NCBI RefSeq assembly: GCF_018977255.1
Contig: NW_024704745.1
Coordinates: 10,602,001-10,666,000, forward strand
Reading direction: 5' to 3'
Length of the DNA stretch: 64,000 nucleotides
Source of the DNA: Callorhinchus milii
Taxonomy: Eukaryota
Position numbers and translations under genes: made by a program. Under the pieces are notes generated by a model. That model saw nothing but the letters and a program-made list of their open reading frames with translations, did no database searches and was not told the origin of the DNA. How positions within the stretch are numbered: position 1 is the stretch's first letter; the number at the start of each line of letters is the position of its first letter. Below are positions 56,901 to 64,000 of the stretch, piece after piece.

Positions 56901-59900
56901 CATACAATTTTAGAATTGTTGCTAGGAGATGCACAAGAACAGCCCAAGTTGACTTTTCTCAAATTTTCCTTCTGGATGGCCTCCACATAATGGCATGAAT
57001 AGGGTTGGGAACTATTGTATGGATGGATACCTGTGGCCATGTATCTTACTCATTGCGGTCTGTAAAATTAGCTCAATTGCGCTATTTGTACGCTCCTGAT
57101 GCTGCTGCTCAAATTGCTTTTTTGAAAATAGCCAAAAAAAGTACCCATAAAATAACATAATATTCACTAACCTTTGAGCCCGATACACTGATTCAACTTT
57201 TAAAGATTCATGTTCTTCCGCAACAGTCTGTAATTTACGATTGTCCTGGAAAAGTTGCTCCATATCGCTTTTGGCACATTCAGTCTCCATCAGTTGGGTC
57301 TTCAGTACTCCATCGAGTTCTTCATTTTTTCTCTCTGCATCCATCAGAAGTGAAGCCAGTTGCCGTGCCTGGTTTAAATGTAAAATTCGTATAATCAAGA
57401 ATGACGTTCGGAGACAAATCACAAGATTCAGCAACACAATAGTTATTTCAAAGGAATTTCTTGGGTAAGTTGCATGGATTATCTCCATGGACTAATAATG
57501 TTCTACTCCTGCCTGAAACTGTTGCTATGTTACACTGTACAGTAAAACACTCCTAAAGGAAGTTGGCCTTTTTCCTTTTCGTGCGGGAACCATCTAGCGT
57601 GCGGTAACCAAGTTAGCTGGTTGTGTGCAAGCTCTGAATAACTGGTATTGTACGTCAGTGCAATTCAGGTTGGGATTTTATGGACCCTAAACATAAAGAT
57701 TGCACTGTACAGTTATTTATACCTGATATATTTACAGGCACTCTATTGTAAGCACCTCACATATCCTGTGAAGTGCTTTGAGACGTCCTCCTGATGAGAA
57801 ACGCACTATACCAAATCTAAGGATTATTATTATTTAAATATACCTCTGCTTCTGCATGGGCTCTCTGACAGCGGTATTGGGCAATCAGACGATCAGCCTG
57901 TGCGAGTGCCAGTGCCTTAGCTTCCAACAGGTCCTGTAAGCGAGTTTCCTTGGACTAAAAGAAAAATTTATTATTACGGAGATCATTCTACGTATTACTT
58001 TCTGACCTTTCCAGCATTTCCAATACGTCGCGATCACCACGATATATCACACTTTATAAAATAATAAGGGAGAAAAACAATTCCAATTGTACTTGAAAAA
58101 TATGAAATTGAATAAAAGAATTCAAGTGGTAGGAAAATCAAGGTTTAGAAGTGTTTTTTTAAAGCAATCCCTGCGTCAGAAAATGTGTAATTATTAATGC
58201 ATTACAAATATTGAAACTTCTTTTTGAAGGAGCACGTTACGGTGTTTATTTTCCCCTTGAAGGATCTAGGATTAATTTTAGATAGCACTTACTGCAAGAG
58301 ATGACAGCTTCTGTTCATACACATCCATCATCTCTGAAAGTCTCACATCCTTGACTTGTTCCTTCAGCTGTGCAATAAGTATAAAATCAAATTAGATACT
58401 TAACCAATGAAATATATTCTTAATATGTAGAAAAGCAGAGAGTACTGGCAGAAGAATAGGATCGGAGGAGAATTGAGAACTAGAAAAGGTGGAACAAGAC
58501 TTGTGGAAGGATTTAAAAACCAAGCCAAGGATCCTTAGGTAGGAGAAAACTCGGGTTGCAGAATTCTGAATCAGTTGGAAGTTCTGGGGATCGGAGCTGG
58601 AAATGAAAGCACTAGAAAAGGTAAATATGATTAGGATATTACATTTTCAACCTAACAAGTTTTTAAACATGTAGAAATGCAAATTAGCCTCCCTTCCTAG
58701 TTTTGAATGGTGTGCATTGTCTGTCCTATTGCATTTATGCTCTGCGATGTCATACTAACTGGGATGGTGGAGAGTTTATTTATGGCATGGGAAGATAATG
58801 ATTCCATTTGATGTTCCTTTATAAAAAGAAAGTTATATTCGGCATCAACAAATAGTAAATACAAGTGTTCTAACCCAAAAACCCAATTCACTGCTACCAA
58901 CCTCTATTCCCGACTGCAGCTTCTGAATTAGTTCATGAATATTTTCTCTGGAAGCACTGGCATTATTTGAAGGCTTTGGATGAGAACCATTCCAAGAGGC
59001 TATAAAGTTTGTTGAATGTTGCTGTACAGGATTTTTTTTCGTTACATGTTCAAATTGTTGCTGCTTACAGGCATTGTTTGCAGCAATCGCTTCTCCAAGC
59101 CTGAAAAGGAATGAAACAGCAATAACATTCAACTTTCTCTGTTCCAGAATCCTCACAAGGAAAGTGATAGAATCGACATGCCTTCAATACAGCAAACTGA
59201 AATTGAAAATAATAATAATAATCCTTGCATTTGATATAGCACCTTATCACGTCTTTGAGACATCCCAAAGTGCTTCACAGAATATACTGTAAAGTGAATT
59301 GAGTGCTATAAGTATGGCAGATACAAGATTCTGCCATCAAAAACTGCAATCAGTCTGACCACTTCAATAATCAGTACAAAGGTGTTTAAGTTAGGATGCA
59401 ATTAAAGAAAGAAAGATGTTATGTATGAGATGGTTATGTCTGAAGGTAAGACTCTGCAGCTTGGTGTCCAAATCTTTAGAGAGGACTTTAAAAAAATCAG
59501 GATACTATCGCAGTTATTGATCAATGGTGACAACAATGAGTTCAAGTAATGCAAACTTTTGGAAAAGCTCCAAAAAATAGTTCAATACACTGCAGAATAT
59601 GGATCATCTCACAATTTAATATTAAAATCACATTGCTCAATGAGTCAAAAACTGCTCATTCTAAAAACACACAGTAGAAAATATGCCCAAAGTTTCTTTT
59701 TAAAATGTTGTTGGCTGTTTCTATAGCATAATGTACTGCTCCGGAGCTAAATTAGATGCCTGTGCTTCTTGTGCAATCACAACATGAAATCAAAATCTCC
59801 TATCTAGGTTACCTAACTCGATGTAAGTAATGAATTGTAGCTCTTAAATTACTTATACAAAATTTAGTTTCCATTTAATCTGTACAAAGATAGAAACAAT

Positions 59901-62900
59901 AAAGGCAAAACAAATTAAAAAATACAGGGATTATTTTGCTGCATCCATCAGGTGCAGCAACCACTTTCAAGAAATCATTAACAGTATGCATTTTGATTTA
60001 CAAAAATGTTCAAAACAGATAGCATTTATTTTGTGTACAGTATAGCTGCTTTGGTTAAAGTGATCATTTTGAACAGCACTTACAGTACAGCAGGAAATTC
60101 AGGTAAAGGCGCTGCCTCAAACAAAATCTGTAATCCAAGTTGCACATGGTCTCTGTGCTCTGAAGTCAAAGCAAATGACAAAGGCGTAATGAGTCGTTGG
60201 TCCTGTAAAAATACATAAATGATAAACTGCAATACATTATAACACAAGACATGCTGCATACCTTTTTAATGAAACATTTATCTTCTCATTTACATTTACA
60301 GACATTTACAGCCTATGATATTCTGGTAAGTGTTAAAATACCATTAAAAACATTACAACAGTACAAATATCTATTATATTTAAAATGCAGCTAAAGAAAC
60401 ATTTAGCTAGCAAGCTTCACAAATCATGAGACAAAATATACTACTGTATATTAATTACACCCTAAGCAGTTTAGCAAGAATAGTAAGAAACACAAATTTT
60501 AAAAGGCAAAACTATTTTGCTATTTTAATGTCTTTTAATGGCTGAATACCTGCAAAATTTTATAGAAACCTGCTTCCATATTGGGCACTAATTGGTTCAC
60601 TCTGTTCATAATTTGAAGAGTTTTCAAAATAATATCAGTGCCAGTTTTGCTGTCAACATGAAACAAGGAAATGAAAATTAAGTCATTAAAAATAATGGAT
60701 TAGATAGTAAAACTTTATAATAGCCTGGCTTCTAAAAATACATTTTATTATAATCCCCTAGACAAGCATTAACAAATGGGCACTCCAGGGAGCAGTTTAC
60801 AAAGTTCAAGCAAACACATGGTTTAAGCTTCATAATGCAACTGTGAAATAAATGGATTTTCAGTTCATATATCCTCATTTTATCCTGATCAGCTGATAAG
60901 CAGGAGAGACTGATAGTTTGGGAATGGTATATATTTCCTTCTTGTACCAGCATTAAGCAGACTTGTGATAAGTACTTCAAATAATGCATGCAGTTTAGAG
61001 CTCCCTCTGCAGTATCAGGGCAGAACTCTCAACTGAATTAATATGTTTGCATTTCTCTGTTTCCATCCTTTTGCTTTCTGAGCAAGTGTGCTCAATTGTC
61101 AGTCAGTGAAACACTGTTCAGTTGTATGCTATGGATCACCTGAATAGAAGGTGACTGTCAGAACAACAGTTTAGGAAAAAAGAGTAACATTACCTTGTGT
61201 AACTTACCATAGCTCTAAATCTACCTTGCTCCCATAGCCAATTTCCATCCTGTTGTGTGTAAACTGATGTTCCAGAAGTGAAATACAGTTGTTCACAGTC
61301 AGAACCTTAGCAACGTGAAGTTTCATTGTATCATCTCCACAAATGAGTATAAACTGTTAAGGAAGAATACAAGTCCATTCTCCCCACACACCCCTCCCCC
61401 CACTTTTTCCATACTCTCTAACCTTAATAGCCTGAGTGAATTCCTCACACAGTATCATAGCAAGTACTGTGTACAGTATTGTTGCCCTATTATGTCAAAC
61501 ATTTAGATATTCATAATATTAGTATTTGAAGATTAGGAGACAACACTGAAACAGAACAGTTTAGATTAAGAATATTTCAAAACATGCTAGGAATACTCTT
61601 TTGCTTTGTTAGAATCAAGTGGCTAAGAAATACATGGAGCCGCAACAGAACTGAACAGCGACTCATCATAATGGCACTGCTCCAGCACAGTAAATGAAGA
61701 TACCCAAGTGAAGTTAATATCTGTTCACAAAGGATATCTAACAGAACATCAATAGTCTTGGCAATTCGATCATATTTTTTCTTTACAAGACCGCCCTCAA
61801 GAGGATGTTCTGGAATCTGAAGCTGTTCCAAGAGAACAGGCAAAAGTAGCTCCAGAAATGGCTGAAGTGTAGTCCAAAGAGAAGAATCTACCACTTCCTG
61901 GACAGTATAAGAATGTAGTTACAAAATACAAAAACATAAATAACTTTTTTTAAAAAACAGTTGGCTTCCTGTTAATTTAAGATCAACATCTAACCTTACA
62001 TTTATTGCAAAAATAAAGATGTAGACGACATACTATTCCAACTTAAATCAGATATTTTGGAAGTCGCCAGGAAAGGCGACATGAAAGAGTGGCATACAAT
62101 CTGATTTTTGACCTCATAATTAAAAGATATCAAGCATTGACAAAATTGCTCAAAAAATATTTCTTTAAATATGAAAAAGGGGTGTTTCTTTTTTTAAAAA
62201 AACACTGTGGTGATTTTGGTACTTTATTGTGCATTCTTCAGAACTGCAACTATAATTTTTTTTTAAAAAACTTGCATTTCATAGAGCCTTTCACATCCGA
62301 AGAACCATTCAAAGCACTTCACAGAATATACTGTAAAGTGTAGTGACTGTGTATTTTGTAGATAAGTACATGGTCAATTTACATATAGCAATGTCCCCCA
62401 GAGCCTTACTTGTTAGGTGAGGTATACGACTTATTTTATTTGAGGGACTGTTGGTCAGGGTAGTGGAAGAAGTTATGGCATCTTTAATGTCCATCTGAAC
62501 AGGCAGATGGGAGCATAGTTTAATGCATCATCGAAGTGCACTTCTAAGTCACAGTACACTAAATCAGCGATATACACCTACAATAACAACTTGCATTTAT
62601 ATTGGGCCCTTCACATAGAATAACTTCTCAAAGGATTTAACGTCGAGGACGCAAACGCATCTCATACTTGCATGCATTAATTCTCTGTCTACCAGCAACT
62701 GTATAGCTATATGAACATTACCTTTCAACTTATTCACATTGGAGCATTCTAAGACTGTACCTCAAACAACTCTTTGAGAAGTACCAGAGCCAGCAATGAG
62801 CAACTCTCAGGATTTTCCAGTGGCTGACTGGACCAGTGAAGGAGGCTAATGATTGGCTCTGAAGGTTTAACTTGTGGTTTGAGTTTAGTTGCTACAAGTG

Positions 62901-63644
62901 ATTGCTGAAAGGAAGCCCCGAACATTGCGTGGCATAATATTCGGCGGAGACTGGTCACTGAACAAAAAGCAAGTAGTAATTCAAGGATCTGTGAAAAAAG
63001 ACATTAAAGAATAAGTTTTAAAACAGATCTTCTATTGTTAGATTTGAATTAGAATATTATCAATCCACTGTTAGTCTTAATTTTTCTGGAAATTTTTCTC
63101 CATCACTATATAGCTACACACAACTGAAGACAATTTGTTCCACAACTTCATGAATATTAGGCTCACTAGCAATATAAAACTATTTGGCAGTGTAAACATT
63201 TGTTTCCACACTTCATCCTATGTCTACTAGAAAATGTACTGGTACAATCTAGTATACTTCCAAGTCAGCAGAATACACTTCAACTCCCAATAGCAGTACT
63301 AAAACATAACTCTCTAGACCAGTGGAGCCTACTAAGTGTAAGAATGCACTATAGTAATAATCCTCGCATTTGATATAGCGCCTTATCACGTTATTGAGAC
63401 GTCTCAAAGCACTTCACAAGATATAACGTAAAGTGGATTCAACTTTAGCTTTTCATTTAATTAATTTAAATAATTATTACATTCCAATTATATACTTCAA
63501 ATAATTTTCTAAATAAAATAAATCGGTATATCAGTTAAGTATTTAGCATTTGTCATCTACATACATACCTTTGTTGCTGAATCTGAGTCTTTGCCATGCA
63601 GAAGACCTAGAACTTGGGACAGGCATGAGTTAAAGTATTCATAT
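53967..63644 (-). CDS. CIP2A: CIP2A (KIAA1524), C-terminal 636 aa; gene starts beyond the window end
   Basis: 14 exons with consistent phases: 63569-63644, 62761-62988, 61738-61897, 61208-61346, 60550-60649, 60084-60202, 58902-59100, 58293-58367, 57844-57954, 57172-57368, 56306-56419, 55492-55574, 54553-54692, 53967-54137. Recognised peptides: [69 protein letters not shown]. Confidence 0.97.
54741..55042 (-). mobile_element. tRNA-SINE (long subfamily) with an internal deletion, in a CIP2A intron
   Basis: Reverse head gctacaggactc, central segment and (tta)n tail. Further SINE fragments lie at about 55200-55440, 57760-57835, 59210-59300, 62270-62520 and 63350-63430. Confidence 0.85.
61347..61737 (-). 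other. U12-type (minor spliceosome) AT-AC intron in CIP2A
   Basis: On the minus strand: 5' end ATATCCTTTG, branch point TTCCTTAAC (61356-61364), 3' end TTTATAC. Splicing restores the frame. Confidence 0.95.
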
Positions 63645-64000
63645 CTAAAATTGAAAAGAAAAAAACAAATTGAATTAACTTAAACACCAGGAATACTTTT
63701 CCAGCATTTAGATTTTGCATAATTTATTGCTACAAACTATTTCACATTAAACAATTTTCTTAACAGAATTTGTAATAAAAACATAAACTAGAGACAAGAA
63801 CTTTCAAAATCCACAACTATGATAGCCAAATCTTTTACCAGCCACTAATATTAATGTGAATGCCAAGGTATCCTCAAAGATGTACAGGGCAAATTTGCAC
63901 CTTGATATCCACAAGAATGCCAAAATTCACTTGCACCTTTTCCAGAAACAATCAATTATAGATTTATTGACTTCTGAAGAATTTAAAAGAGAAATAAGCA

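Overview
Eukaryotic (vertebrate) DNA, most likely a cartilaginous fish and probably a holocephalan. That is inferred from the tRNA-SINE/L2/CR1 repeat families and needs a database check. Four spliced genes can be rebuilt exon by exon with consistent phases. (1) The 3' end of a sarcomeric myosin heavy chain, MYH15-like (+, 369-9790), with one GC-AG intron. (2) A complete 323-aa leader-VJ-C1-TM-cytoplasmic Ig receptor with no gene name I can assign (+, 27116-33709). Its single-exon V domain has a J-like GKGT strand and a CD28-family-like IPPP loop. (3) A complete 370-aa HHLA2/B7-H7 orthologue (+, 41337-49013) with an almost absent tail and a third Ig domain lacking the B-strand Cys. (4) The 3' two-thirds of CIP2A (-, 53967-63644), with a U12 AT-AC intron. 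The main finding is a CD28H/TMIGD2-like, antigen-receptor-shaped (germline VJ-C1) gene lying in tandem, directly upstream of HHLA2, the known TMIGD2 ligand in humans. This is a candidate linked receptor-ligand pair. The rest is repeat-rich: SINEs, L2, CR1, Penelope-like fragments with hammerhead-like cores and a Ginger-like integrase remnant. Repeat boundaries were read by eye and are approximate.
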